A stretch of DNA of 64,000 nucleotides. Source: Candidatus Marinacidobacterales bacterium. Its GTDB lineage: Bacteria > Acidobacteriota > Vicinamibacteria > Marinacidobacterales > DATDRI01. The stretch is taken from the NCBI GenBank assembly GCA_965226495.1, contig OZ245365.1, positions 288,001 to 352,000 on the forward strand, in the 5' to 3' direction. A program made the translations under genes and the position numbers. Below, piece after piece: positions 27,138 through 37,627 of this stretch (position 1 is its first letter; each line of letters starts with the position of its first letter). The notes under the pieces are model-generated. The model was not told where the DNA came from. It searched no databases and worked only from the letters and a program-made list of their open reading frames with translations.

Positions 27138-28187
27138 TTAGGGGTGTTTCTGGACGAATACGAAATACGAGTCCCCGGTGGGGGGGCCCTCGAAGCCGGT
27201 CGGGCTAAGCGCGGTCACTCTCCAGAAGTACGTTCCGGGTTCTAGGCCATTAACCCTGACCGAGGTCTTCGGTCCCGTGAGCCACTCTTCCGCGAGGTCG
27301 AAGAAGCCCTCGTCCCGGGCGATCTGCAATCGGTAGGATTGCGCTCCTGGGACCGGCGTCCACCGGAAAACCTGGTCGAACGAAGGTGCGCGCACGACTT
27401 GCTCGGCCTGCGGTTCGATAAGCTCCCGAGGAGCGTCGGGGAGTGGCTCCAGCTCGCTGACGTCCTCTCCTCCACGAGCGAGGATTCCACGATCGGCCGG
27501 CACCAGAACCGTGTCGTCACCGGCTTCTAGCTCGACGGTGCCCTCAAGCACCTCGAGGCGGGTGGCACCCCCGGCTTCCACTTTGAGACGGAAATCGGTG
27601 CCTCGAATGATCGTACTCGCGGTGGGCGTTTCAATCACGAAGCTCCCGTCGACCTTGCCCATGGTTCGGGACCAGATGTTGCCTTCGATCAGCTCCAGAC
27701 GGATGCTGGGTCTCATCGATGACCCGGTCGGCTTGAGACTCAGGATGCGTGCTTTGCTGTGGCTCCGGAGGACGATGTAGTTTCCGTTCTCGAAGAGGAC
27801 GCGGGCACCCGCGTGGCGCCAGGTTCTAAGAACGTCCCCTTCCCGTAGAAGGAGGTTCTCGAGTAGGGGAATGTAGCGTTTGTCGAAGCTTCTTCTGACT
27901 TCCGCTTCCCCGTACAGCCCGGCGATTCGCGCCAGCGTGTAGTCGGCGCTCAACATCTCGCGAGGCATCTCGATGGGCGTCCCGCGACCTTTCAGGAGGT
28001 TGAACTTCGCCAGCTCTTCCCAGGAGCCGGAGATCTCCGGATATCTCTCAAAAAGCTCCTCAGGGTTTGATTCGCTGTCCGTGACGATGACGTAGGCATC
28101 CTTATTCTTCCCGTTCGTGGTTTCCCGGCCAGGCTCTCCCGACCCCAACAGGAAGATCGCAATGGGAAAGAGCAGCATTCGTTTCAT
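27138..28187 (-). CDS. Secreted FecR-domain protein with C-terminal FN3-like domain
   Basis: Signal peptide; LREGD.L.T, IETPTASTIIRGTDFR..VLEG.V; FRW..V.GA.SYRLQIA and GTYFWRV. Confidence 0.8.
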   Translation of the reverse strand: MKRMLLFPIAIFLLGSGEPGRETTNGKNKDAYVIVTDSESNPEELFERYPEISGSWEELAKFNLLKGRGTPIEMPREMLSADYTLARIAGLYGEAEVRRSFDKRYIPLLENLLLREGDVLRTWRHAGARVLFENGNYIVLRSHSKARILSLKPTGSSMRPSIRLELIEGNIWSRTMGKVDGSFVIETPTASTIIRGTDFRLKVEAGGATRLEVLEGTVELEAGDDTVLVPADRGILARGGEDVSELEPLPDAPRELIEPQAEQVVRAPSFDQVFRWTPVPGAQSYRLQIARDEGFFDLAEEWLTGPKTSVRVNGLEPGTYFWRVTALSPTGFEGPPTGDSYFVFVQKHP

Positions 28188-28361
28188 GATCGTCCCCTCT
28201 ATTTCACGTTTCTTTACTCTAAAGATGATGGCCGGGCCCAGGGTTCGAACTTGGAGTTGGGAATGGAGGAAGAATTTGAGCTCGAGCTTAAACAACCAGC
28301 GCTTTCGTTGGCACGTTCGCTTTCGATTCTTGTCACCCCAGGCCTTTCCAAGAATGAAGCT

Positions 28362-28377
28362 AGCAATTCCTTTGCCA
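28362..28377 (-). promoter_or_regulatory. Sigma54 promoter
   Basis: TGGCAAAGGAATTGCT, upstream of the FecR gene. Confidence 0.65.
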
Positions 28378-28652
28378 TCAGAAAGTTCTCCGGACCGGAG
28401 CCCCTAAAACGTTGCGCCTGCTTGGGTTGGCCGTCTGGAACCGAGTCTCCCTGCCAGGGCGGACCGGAGGGATTCCCCCTCAGGGGAGTGCCTAAACCAC
28501 CACACTGCAGTATTTCGAGGTGTCATGCAACCGTATTGTTTTCAATGGTTAGGATGGATCGCCTAATGCTACGCGAGCGCTGAAATCTGACGAACTCCTG
28601 CCCGTGGGAACGCAATCTCTGTTCTCCTGGCTCACCGGAATATCTGTTTTAA

Positions 28653-28706
28653 AATCAGATAGTTGGGGGATTGTTTTTACGGGTTCCGACTGGCACAAGG
28701 GTTGCT
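28653..28706 (+). promoter_or_regulatory. IHF-like site plus sigma54 promoter
   Basis: AATCAGATAGTTG (28653-28665), then TGGCACAAGGGTTGCT (28691-28706), then AGGAGG RBS. Confidence 0.8.
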
Positions 28707-28734
28707 GTAATCAATCCTTTAGGAGGAGTCCGAG

Positions 28735-30132
28735 ATGCCGAGATCAAACAAGAATCGTTCGAGAGGGCGGTTCGCCGGAGTCATCATCGGGGCGATTGTC
28801 ATGATGGGTGCGCTGGTGGGCTATGGAGTGGCGCAGAGTACCCAAGTCACCCAAGCGGAGTGGGCCGTCTATATGGTCCAGGGATTGGGGCTGGATTGGA
28901 ACATGCCCGCCAATTCGACCGCCAATGAATATGTGGCGCGCCTCATCTGGTCGACGAGCATCGAGTTTCCAGCGACCCGGACGCTTCCTGGTTCGAGCCC
29001 GTCGCTGACGGTCCAATCGGACGCCGTCCCTGCGTTCGTCGGGACGGACGCCCCAACCGCCGAGGCGCTCTACCGAGTGTCCACGATCCAGGCGGGCGAC
29101 TATAACTTTCGGGTGAACCTTGCTGGCGGTACCGCGATGTTCAAGGTCGGGGATTCGGTCTTCGAGATCACCCAGCCTGATGAAGAGTATCAATGGGTGG
29201 ACCTCAATCGGGTGAGCTTGGATCCGGGTGAGCACACGGTCAGCCTGCTTCTCTCGCCCGGCGCCCGCGTTCAGGGGCTTTCCGTTGTTCCCCCATGCCT
29301 GCGCCAAATCGAGCCACTGGACGGCTGGGCTCCGCTCGAGCCACTCGACTTCGGCGAGCTGGCGGTGACCGTCGCAAGAGCGCTCAACCTAGAGTATGAG
29401 CTTCCCAAACTAGGCCCGGAGATCAAACTGCGGGGAGAAGAATTCGAAAAGGTTCTCGAGCTCCCGGTAGAAGACTTGGAGGTAGACAAGTCGGAAGATC
29501 CTTTTTGGCTTTCCACGGGCGGCTCGATCGTGACGGGCCGCGCCAAGTTCTCTGTTCCGGAGAGTGGACTCTATTCCTTCGAGGCGCGTTATCTGAGCCC
29601 CACACCCGTTCGCTGGGTCTCGAACGGGTGTCTCAAGGTCGTGACGTGTCAATTGACAGGCGACTCTGGTATGCATTGGAAACGCGTCGTCACCCTCGAG
29701 CTCGATGCCGGTGAGCACGACCTCGAGATCACGCTGCCTCCCAAGGCCGCACTGGACCAGGTCGTCATTCAGCGGCGCGACGCCGGCCTCAATGAGTACA
29801 TCGATGTGGTGTCCGACGAAGGATTCAAGCTCGGACCGCCTACCCGCACCGTGCGTCGCCGAGAGGCGATCGCGGCGGCACGACGCCTCCGCAACCGTTT
29901 CGATGGCAAGAAGCAATTCCGTTGCGAGGACTCGCTGATCGCGTTGGAGCAAGCCGCGTTTCTCCGAATGGCGGCGCTTCGAAGTGACCGAGAACAGGGA
30001 GTCGAGCTCGCCGTCGCCACCGGCTTCCCGGCGACCGACCCAGGAGGGGGTGTAGGAGGAGGCACCAACTCTTTTCCGAAAGCCCCGGGACTCCCTCCGG
30101 CAGCGAGTCCGATTACGCCTGAGTCTGAGTGA
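28735..30132 (+). CDS. Secreted surface protein with two SLH-like helix + CBM-like repeats and a Gly/Pro/Ser tail
   Basis: Signal peptide; TQAEWAVYMVQGLGL / DFGELAVTVARALNL; W....V.L..GEH....L occurs twice; ends PPAASPITPESE. Confidence 0.7.
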   Translation: MPRSNKNRSRGRFAGVIIGAIVMMGALVGYGVAQSTQVTQAEWAVYMVQGLGLDWNMPANSTANEYVARLIWSTSIEFPATRTLPGSSPSLTVQSDAVPAFVGTDAPTAEALYRVSTIQAGDYNFRVNLAGGTAMFKVGDSVFEITQPDEEYQWVDLNRVSLDPGEHTVSLLLSPGARVQGLSVVPPCLRQIEPLDGWAPLEPLDFGELAVTVARALNLEYELPKLGPEIKLRGEEFEKVLELPVEDLEVDKSEDPFWLSTGGSIVTGRAKFSVPESGLYSFEARYLSPTPVRWVSNGCLKVVTCQLTGDSGMHWKRVVTLELDAGEHDLEITLPPKAALDQVVIQRRDAGLNEYIDVVSDEGFKLGPPTRTVRRREAIAAARRLRNRFDGKKQFRCEDSLIALEQAAFLRMAALRSDREQGVELAVATGFPATDPGGGVGGGTNSFPKAPGLPPAASPITPESE

Positions 30133-30720
30133 GGGGCCGGCTCCCGTCGACCCACGTTCGACACGCTCGGCCTAAGGTTTCGTAAAGCCGGCGCGGTTGC
30201 TCGTGGCGCAAGTCGACGGCTCTACCTGCTCGGCTCTTCTCCCCAATCGTGGAGGGGGCCCAAGAAGAGTGTGCCGCTCTCCAAAACCTAATCAAATCTG
30301 AATCAGGCCCAGGTTCCTGCTTCACCAAGGATCGTTTCACTTCGGCTCACCCCGAAGCCAGAGCGTTCCTCTCCACAGGCTTGACTTCCGGTGGAGCTCA
30401 CCGTACAAGAACGTACTTTCAACTAGGTTCCAGTTTGGTCTTCAAATGACGAACCCTCACGACAGTTTCGCGGCTCTTGGCCTTGACCATTTCGCTCTTC
30501 TAAGAACTCAACTTACCGCATCACCTCCTTACCCAACTCGACGACTCTCCGTCGCTACGCAACGCTCTAGCTTGCCTGGCTCTCGCAAGGCTTGGTTGCC
30601 CAAGACCCGAAGACCTCTTCGATGCACCAAACGGCCCCTCAGCGATCGGGACGGCTTCTAAAGGTCCTACTCATCTGAGACGAATTTCTTCGACCGGTCC
30701 CTCCCTCGATCTGGGATTTT
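30133..30720 (-). ncRNA. Candidate large structured non-coding RNA
   Basis: No credible ORF, at least 8 hairpins, purine-rich minus strand; strand is tentative. Confidence 0.4.
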
Positions 30721-30737
30721 TTCTTTTACGCTGCCGC

Positions 30738-30905
30738 GATCTGAACCCGCTAAATCGCCTGTTTGAACGGATTTGAGTAGATCTCTGACTACTGCTACTA
30801 GCCCCCCTAACAACGAGCCTCTCCGTCTCGCATTCCCTGACTAGTCCCTCCCTCGTGGAGATCTGAACCCGCTAAATCGCCTGTTTGAACGGATTTGAGT
30901 AGATC
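30738..30905. repeat. Perfect 46-bp direct repeat, two copies, 76-bp spacer
   Basis: GATCTGAACCCGCTAAATCGCCTGTTTGAACGGATTTGAGTAGATC at 30738-30783 and 30860-30905. Confidence 0.95.
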
Positions 30906-30955
30906 CCGTCTCGTTGGTGCGGGGGGAGAGGGGCGCTTTTGGTGCTGGGCCTTAG

Positions 30956-33107
30956 TTAGCCGCGCGCGCTTCTTGGTCGCGGGGCTCCCCGGCGGGCGGT
31001 CGGCCGGGAGTTGATGGGCGTTACCTTGGTCTGCTGTTGCTTGTGATAATAACTGTAGTAGCTGTGGTAGCTATCGAGCTTGGGATCCACACCGTTCAGA
31101 ACCGCTCCCACTAGCCGCGCGTTGGTCTTACTAAGCAGGTTAAGGCAGCGGCGAACCAGTTTCCTGTCGACTCCGTTGGCACGGACGACCATTACCACCA
31201 TGTCGGCCAGGTTCGCCAAAAGGATGGGATCGGTGACGCCCGCGATCGGGGGGGCATCGAGAATGATCCAAGTGAATCGCTCGCGCGCCTCTTCCAGGAG
31301 CCGTCGGACGGCCGGAGTCCCGATGAAGGCCGGTGGATTGGGCGGCCGCTTGCCCGCCGTGATGAGCGAAAAGTTGGGATACCGGGTCTGCTGAACGACG
31401 GAATTGAAAATCGGAAGGTCTCGAAGGCAGTAGTCGGCCATTCCCGGTTCCCGAGACATACGCAACCGAGAATAGAGGTCGCCCCGCCTCAGATCGAAAT
31501 CGATCAGCAACGTCGGCTCTCCCGAAGCGGCCAACGCTCGAGCCGTGTGAAGCGCCGTCGTGGACTTTCCTTCCTGTGCCACCGAGCTCGTTATCAAGAC
31601 CACGTTGCTCTTCTCGTGCTCACGACTAAAGAGGAGGGCAGTCCGCAGCATCCGATAGGACTCGGTTACGACGCCCTCTTCGGAGGCCTCGTGGATCGGC
31701 ACCATGGATAGGCAATCGGTATGGAGATGCGTTTCGATGTCCTCTTGCTCCTTGAGCGTGTTGTCGAGATAGTCGCGGAGCAAAAGAATCCCACACCCCA
31801 GGGCGAGTCCGACCATCAGCGCCAAAGACAGATTCTTCTTCGGGTCGGGACTGATGGGGCCCCCGGGGACAACCGCCTCTTCGACGATCGACACGTTGTT
31901 GTCCCACAAGCTGGCCGCTACATCGGTCTCTTTGATCTTCTGGAGGATGACCTCGTATAGGTTCTTGTTGGACATGGCATCGCGTTGGAGCATCTCCATC
32001 TGAACCGCCTTGCGGCCTTCTTGGAACGATTCCTTCCTGTGCTCGTTGACCGAGGCGAGTAGCTCCTGCTCGCGCCTTCGAATTTGCTGGTACTCGCCCT
32101 GGATTCCCACCGCGATTTTCTCCGCTTGGGAATCGATCGCTTCCTGCAGTTGTTCGACCTGGGTTCGGAGCTTCTTGACCTTCGGGTGCCCCTCTTTGTA
32201 CCTGTTCCGGAGCTGAACAAGCTCGATTTCGAGGCCCGCCCGCTGCATGTTCAGGTTTTTCTCCAGCGCATCGTTGGTCACCTGTGGCAGCGACTCGAGC
32301 GACTTTCCCTGCCGCTTCAGAGTACGAATCTGGCTGAGCATGCTCTCGAGCTCGATGCGGCGGGTCTTGGCATCGGTGTACGCCTCGTTGAGCTTCTCGA
32401 GAGTGCCGCTGACGATACTCTGCCCCCTCGTCGGGGATGAAGAGATCCTGCTTCTCGCTGTACTCGTAGAGCTTTTCCTCGGACTGGTGCACGTCTTGTT
32501 GCGCCGAGGTGAGCCTTTCCTGGAGCCAGCCGTAAATGTTGCGGGTGGTCTCGATCTTGGCCTCTAGATTCTGCTCGAGATAGGCCTCCGCCAATGTGTT
32601 GGCCCATTCGGTCGCCACTTTTGGATCCTGGTGGCTGATGGCGACTTCTGCCAGACGCGTGTCAGGCAACGGAATCACCGAGACATGGGAAACAAAGAGT
32701 GCGGCCGAATCCTTCGACCCTTTGAAAGGGGGCTTGTCGTGGAGCTTGAGTTTGAAGAGAACCTTCTCCGCTAGCGCCTTGCTGCGGATAATCCGGTACT
32801 GTGTCTTGTAGTAGTTCTGGTAGTCGAACCAGTTCAGAGCGGTGGCTGGATAAGGATTCGACAGTGCAGAGATGTTCTGGCTCGGCGGGTCGATTTGCAC
32901 GAGTGACTGCGATCGATAGACCGGTACTTGCATGTAGGTGACGAGGAAGCCGACGCCGAGCCCGACCAGTGCCATTGCAATGATCGTGGCACGGCCCGTC
33001 CAAAGAAGCCGCAGTCCGTATTTGAGGTCGAATCCTTCACTGAAATCGGTGCCTGTGAGATTGGACGGGCCGATAGGGTCTCTCGTGTTCGTAGGACTTT
33101 CGTTCAT
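30956..33107 (-). pseudogene. wzc: Polysaccharide co-polymerase/tyrosine autokinase, frameshifted (real or sequencing error)
   Basis: Wzz-like N-terminus (PVYRS), YKEGHP, ESYRMLRT, SSVAQEGKST, DFDLRR, LDAPP and Tyr cluster; extra base in the C5 run 32423-32427. Confidence 0.85.
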
Positions 33108-33121
33108 ATACCTCGAGGATC

Positions 33122-34026
33122 TCAGAAGACCCGCTTGCCCACTCGGACGACGTCTCCGGGAGCGAGCAGGATGTCAGTTTTCTTGCCTTTCTCGATGTCG
33201 CCGAGATCCACCTTGATGCGCTCGGGCTCGCCGGCAACCTGATTTCGCAGAATCTCTACTTTGCCTTTGCTTCCGTATTTGCTGAGACCACCCGCTTGGG
33301 AGATGGCTTGCAGAACCGTAAGCCCGCTGGTAAGGGCGTAGGAGCCCGGTTGGTGACTTCGCCGTTGACGTACACCGAGTCTTGCCCGGCAATGGTGATG
33401 AGGTCCCCGCTGGAAAGAGTCAGGGCGAGGGCGTTCTTCTGTTCGTCCGTGGGCATGTCGCGAGACAGCCAGACTCGTTTGAGACTCGTTCCGTCGTCGA
33501 AGACTCCGTCGAGTCGGGTCACCACGAGCTCTCCGTTCGCTTTCGACGTGAACCCACCTGCCTCCGTCAGAAGGTCGAGCAGCGACTTAGGTCCGGTGAG
33601 ATAGTATTTGCCGGGCCGGCCCACTTCACCCACCAGCGTGACCCATTGAGACAGGTACTCCTTCACCTTCACGCTTACGTGCGGATCGCGCAAAAAGTCT
33701 TTCCCGAGGAGCTCCGTGATCTGGATCTGGACCTCTTTCAGGGTGAGACCGGCTACCCGTACCTCGCCAATGAGCGGAAAGGAGATCTCTCCGCCGTGTT
33801 GGACCGTGACGAGACGCGTGAGGTCTTCTTCTTCGAAAACGATGACGTCGAGCACATCGCCCGGCCCGGTTCGGTAAACGTCCGTTTCCGGCTCGGGCAG
33901 AACGTCGGGTGCGATGGTCTTGCCGTTTCCTTGTGTGGCGGGGTAGGGGAGAGCACTCGCCGAACATACGCAGCCGAGCCAGATTACGGCGCCAGCCAGT
34001 AGGTGGTTCCAGCGAGTCATGGTCAT
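33122..34026 (-). pseudogene. wza: Polysaccharide export protein (Poly_export + SLBB), frameshifted near 33350
   Basis: Y..GPGDVL, G.ISFPLIG and GEV.RPG.Y; the second SLBB (PGSY..GLTVLQAISQAGG..PGDVV) continues in another frame. Confidence 0.85.
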
Positions 34027-34039
34027 TTGTCCTACTCCT

Positions 34040-35951
34040 CTACTTTGAGAAAAATCCTATTCCGAACACGAGCCGTATCACGTTGTTGGTGTACTGGAAC
34101 TCGTCGAGATTGGACCGCCGGCGCTCGTGCCGATAGTCGGCCCGGAAGTAGGTTCGCGGTGAAAAGAAATACGCGGCTCCCACCCAGCCCGCCAGGACGT
34201 TGTCGTTGCGCCGCTCGGGAAGCTCGAAGGCTTCGAGTGGGTAAAGGTTGTCGAAGAAGTAGACTCCGGTAATGAGCTGGAGGTTCTGGCGTATCGGTCC
34301 GGTGAATTGCACGTTGGCGAAGTTCGACGTGTAGTAATTGTTGTTTTCGAAATTGGAGAGATTCGCCTGACGTCCACCTTCGATCGTTAGAGCCGCCGCT
34401 TCGGTGAAATAGCGTGTGAGGCTCACGCTGGCGACGAGGCCCCGAAAATCCAACGCGTTGGCCTCGTCAGTACCGAAATCTTGTGCAGAGTAACCGACCC
34501 GAATCGTTCCTAATAGGAGAGGCGTGAGCTCGCCCTGGATTCCGGCAAGAAACGCATTGCCTGTCCGTTTGGCTTCGGGTCGCTGCGCCGGCTCCGGGGT
34601 GTTCACTCTCAAATACTCTCCGAACATGGACGTGACCGGTGAGAGGCGATAGCGGAAGTTGGCCCCGACGGTCATCGTGTCGTAGTTGAAAAAAAGTAAT
34701 CTCCTCTCCTTGGAAATTGACGAAATCGTAGGTTCCCGTCACCGCGAAGCCCAATCGCTCGCTCATCTCCATCTCGAGCCCGGCTATCGTTCGATTCCGA
34801 TTGAACGGCTCGATGTTGAAAAAGACTTCCTGTCCGGGATCGAACTCGGTGGTCTCGAAGCTTCCGCGGAAGAAGTGATTCTCCGCGCTGAACTTCATGG
34901 TCGGGGAAAGCATGACACCAGTACCGACGTTGAAACCGTGCGAGAAATTTTCTTGGAGCAGCTGAAATTTGTTGAACTTCCGGTAGCGGAGCTCATAGTC
35001 GAAGTGGAGCGTGTTATCGGACTCCAGAAGCTCGAAGGCCGCTACCGCCCGAGCGTAAATAGCGTTGTCCCTAAAATTTTCATCCGTTTGGAGGGTCAGG
35101 TTGTCCCCGCTAATCCAGCTGCCTTCGACGAAGGGCCGGAAAAGGAATCGGCCCAGAAGCAAGCCACTCGTCGACCCGCCGCCCACCTGGTCGATCTGCT
35201 CGAGAGGGGTGTCGAAAATGGGACGACTCTCGTCGGGTGCTGGAAACAAGCTGATGAACTCGCCAGACTGCCCGGCGGTCTCCTCCGCTTCCGGGGGCGA
35301 CGGCAGTTGCGACTCACTGGTCTCTGCCTCTCCCGAAGAGTCCGACAGAAGGGCTTCACCGGGACTCGGTGGCAATTCCGGTGGTATCGGAGGGCTCGCG
35401 TCCACTCCAGAACTAACCGCTGGCACGGTTCCCTGCTCGACGGTCGGTGTGGACGTAGGCGCACCGGCGACGCCCGAGGCTGCGGCGGAAGCTTCCGAGT
35501 CGTGACCGTTCCCTCCGGACGCGTCGGCCAGCGCCGTGGGAGAGTTGCGGGAGATCTTGATGAGGATACGCGTCGGTCGCATCTGGCTTACCACGGAGCT
35601 GGCCTCGAGATCGATCTCCATCATGACGCGGGTGTACACCCGGTCGCCCAGCTTCATTGGCCACATCTCGAAGCGACGAGTAAAAGGCGTCGTGACGTCA
35701 TACTTCGAGTCGACGGGTGGAACAGCGGGTACATCGAGCGTGAGCCGGTAAGAGTCGGTCGCCATCCTGCGGGTGGTTTTGAACCCCGTGATGTCGCCGT
35801 CGGCGATGATGTGAACCTCGAAGACGTCTGCCTCTGATTTGGCATACATGTTCAGGAGCTTGACGGTTTTGTTGTCCTGCGCTTGGGCCGTGACGGTCAC
35901 GGCTAGCCAAGCGAGCGCGACAACCAAGCTCCTCCGCGGAAACGCGTTCAT
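34040..35951 (-). pseudogene. EPS-associated outer-membrane beta-barrel with N-terminal periplasmic domain, frameshifted at A7 run 34689-34695
   Basis: Signal peptide, Pro/Ser linker, amphipathic beta-strands and C-terminal FGIGFF; two ORFs join if one base is removed. Confidence 0.75.
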
Positions 35952-37099
35952 TTGTCCTCCATGGCTTTGAGGGTTGCCCCGACCTTGCCAGCGGAAGTTG
36001 GGACAGTCCGCTCGGCTCGGAGCTCTCCTCCGAACCGAATAACCCAGAGCACCAGGGTGGCCAGTAGCACTGAGTCCAGCACGATCCACACGCTTCGGGT
36101 CAGGGGTGCGTCGGCTAGGTGGAGCGCTCCCAACCCGAGTCCGAAGGTCACGAGGTAGAGAAAGATCACCGCCTGCAGCTCGGTGAGGCCGCAGCGCACG
36201 AGGCGGTGGGAGAGATGGCAACGATCGCCGATGTAAATAGGCCGTCGTTCGAGGATTCGAATGTAAACGACTGAGGTCGTGTCGAGCAGGGGAACCGCCA
36301 GAACCAGTAGCGGCATGAGTATCGGAAACATGGACGAAGACGCCGTGGTGACGTAACGCTCGAGAATCGTAAGCGACGAAAGTGTGAATCCAATGAAGAG
36401 CGCTCCGGAATCTCCCATGAAGAGAGAAGCGGGTGGAAAATTGAAACGAAGAAATCCGACCAGGCTTCCGATCAAGGCCGCCAAGATGAAGCAAATGAAA
36501 ACCTCGCCCAGCTCCGCGGCGTTGATGAGGAAAACTGCCGAGGAGACCGCTGCCACACCCGCGGTCAGACCGTCCATGTTGTCGAGCAGGTTGAAGGCAT
36601 TCGAGATTCCGACGATCCAAAGCACGCTCAGCACGAAGTTGGCGACGTCGTTGCCCGCAAAGTCCACTCGAACTCCACAGGCGACCGCGACAACGGCGGC
36701 GAAGATCTGTCCCGCAAATTTGTAGCGCGTAGGAAATTTTTCCCCGAGGAGGTCGTCCATCAAACCAACGAGGAACATGATCGTGCCACCTAACAGGAGG
36801 CCGACGAGTGGCGACTTAACCGTCCAGGCTCCCGCGAGCGCGGTCATGGTGTGGGGAAGCGCGGTCTTGATGGCCGGAATGGTGGCGAGCCAGGGAGCCA
36901 CGGCAAAACCGAAGAACACCGTGGCAATGAAGCCCACGTATATCGCGATTCCCCCTAGTCGCGGTTTGGGGCCGTCGTGGGCCTTACGGCCGCCAGGCCA
37001 GTCGAATAGGCGGTGGGTCGTCGCGTACGAGCGGATCCACAGAGCCAGAGCCAGTGTGACTCCCATCGGTATCGCGGCGGCTCCCAAGTAGATCAACAT
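35948..37099 (-). CDS. wecA: Undecaprenyl-phosphate GlcNAc-1-phosphate transferase (WecA/MraY family)
   Basis: RKAH..P.PRLGG, GLMDD, NAFNLLDNMDGL, FMGDSG and D..HLSH. Confidence 0.88.
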   Translation of the reverse strand: MLIYLGAAAIPMGVTLALALWIRSYATTHRLFDWPGGRKAHDGPKPRLGGIAIYVGFIATVFFGFAVAPWLATIPAIKTALPHTMTALAGAWTVKSPLVGLLLGGTIMFLVGLMDDLLGEKFPTRYKFAGQIFAAVVAVACGVRVDFAGNDVANFVLSVLWIVGISNAFNLLDNMDGLTAGVAAVSSAVFLINAAELGEVFICFILAALIGSLVGFLRFNFPPASLFMGDSGALFIGFTLSSLTILERYVTTASSSMFPILMPLLVLAVPLLDTTSVVYIRILERRPIYIGDRCHLSHRLVRCGLTELQAVIFLYLVTFGLGLGALHLADAPLTRSVWIVLDSVLLATLVLWVIRFGGELRAERTVPTSAGKVGATLKAMEDK

Positions 37100-37571
37100 G
37101 CGCTAACTAGGCTCCCCGTCCACTGAGAGGGTGGAAACCCCTACCGTCAGTGGGAAAGTCCCTACAGGTGGCAACCCTGCTGTGGCTACGGGAGGTTTAC
37201 CGGTTAGAATGCCGGTCATCAGCCGTCGGGAAGCTGTCTCCCATCCCAACATTGCGTCTCGGTAGTCCCGGGCGACTCTGTTAACTAGTTGATTGGTATT
37301 GATTTCGACCCAAACGCCCAATACACTGTAGAACTCCGGGTACTCAACTTGGCGGTTTTCCCTCGACCCCGAGACATCCCAAACGCAGGGGTTACCCCAC
37401 ATGACCGCGGGCTGACGTCTCCCCGCTGGGCTCGAATCGCTCTCTGTTCGATGCGTCGGTCGGGTGTCCATCTCTAACCTTTTGATTATTTGATACTTAG
37501 TCTCGCCCTAAATTAGGCTCGTTCAGAACGCCGCGGAGCCGTCAGCAGGCCCCGAAGCTGTTCTATGAGAG

Positions 37572-37587
37572 TGCAGGATTCGTTCCA
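37572..37587 (-). promoter_or_regulatory. Possible sigma54 promoter
   Basis: TGGAACGAATCCTGCA (GG-N10-GC); IHF consensus sites at 37282-37294 and 37475-37487. Confidence 0.45.
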
Positions 37588-37627
37588 TGCCCGTAATTGG
37601 CTGAAACGGGCCGATTTGAGAGGAAAT

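Noticed and set aside
30519-30532. 16S rRNA 3' end (ATCACCTCCTT)
   Set aside because: Flanking sequence shows no 16S similarity
30738-30905. CRISPR array
   Set aside because: Only two repeats, a 76-bp spacer and no cas genes in the window
34686-35837. 383-aa plus-strand ORF
   Set aside because: Antisense to the OM barrel gene; shadow ORF
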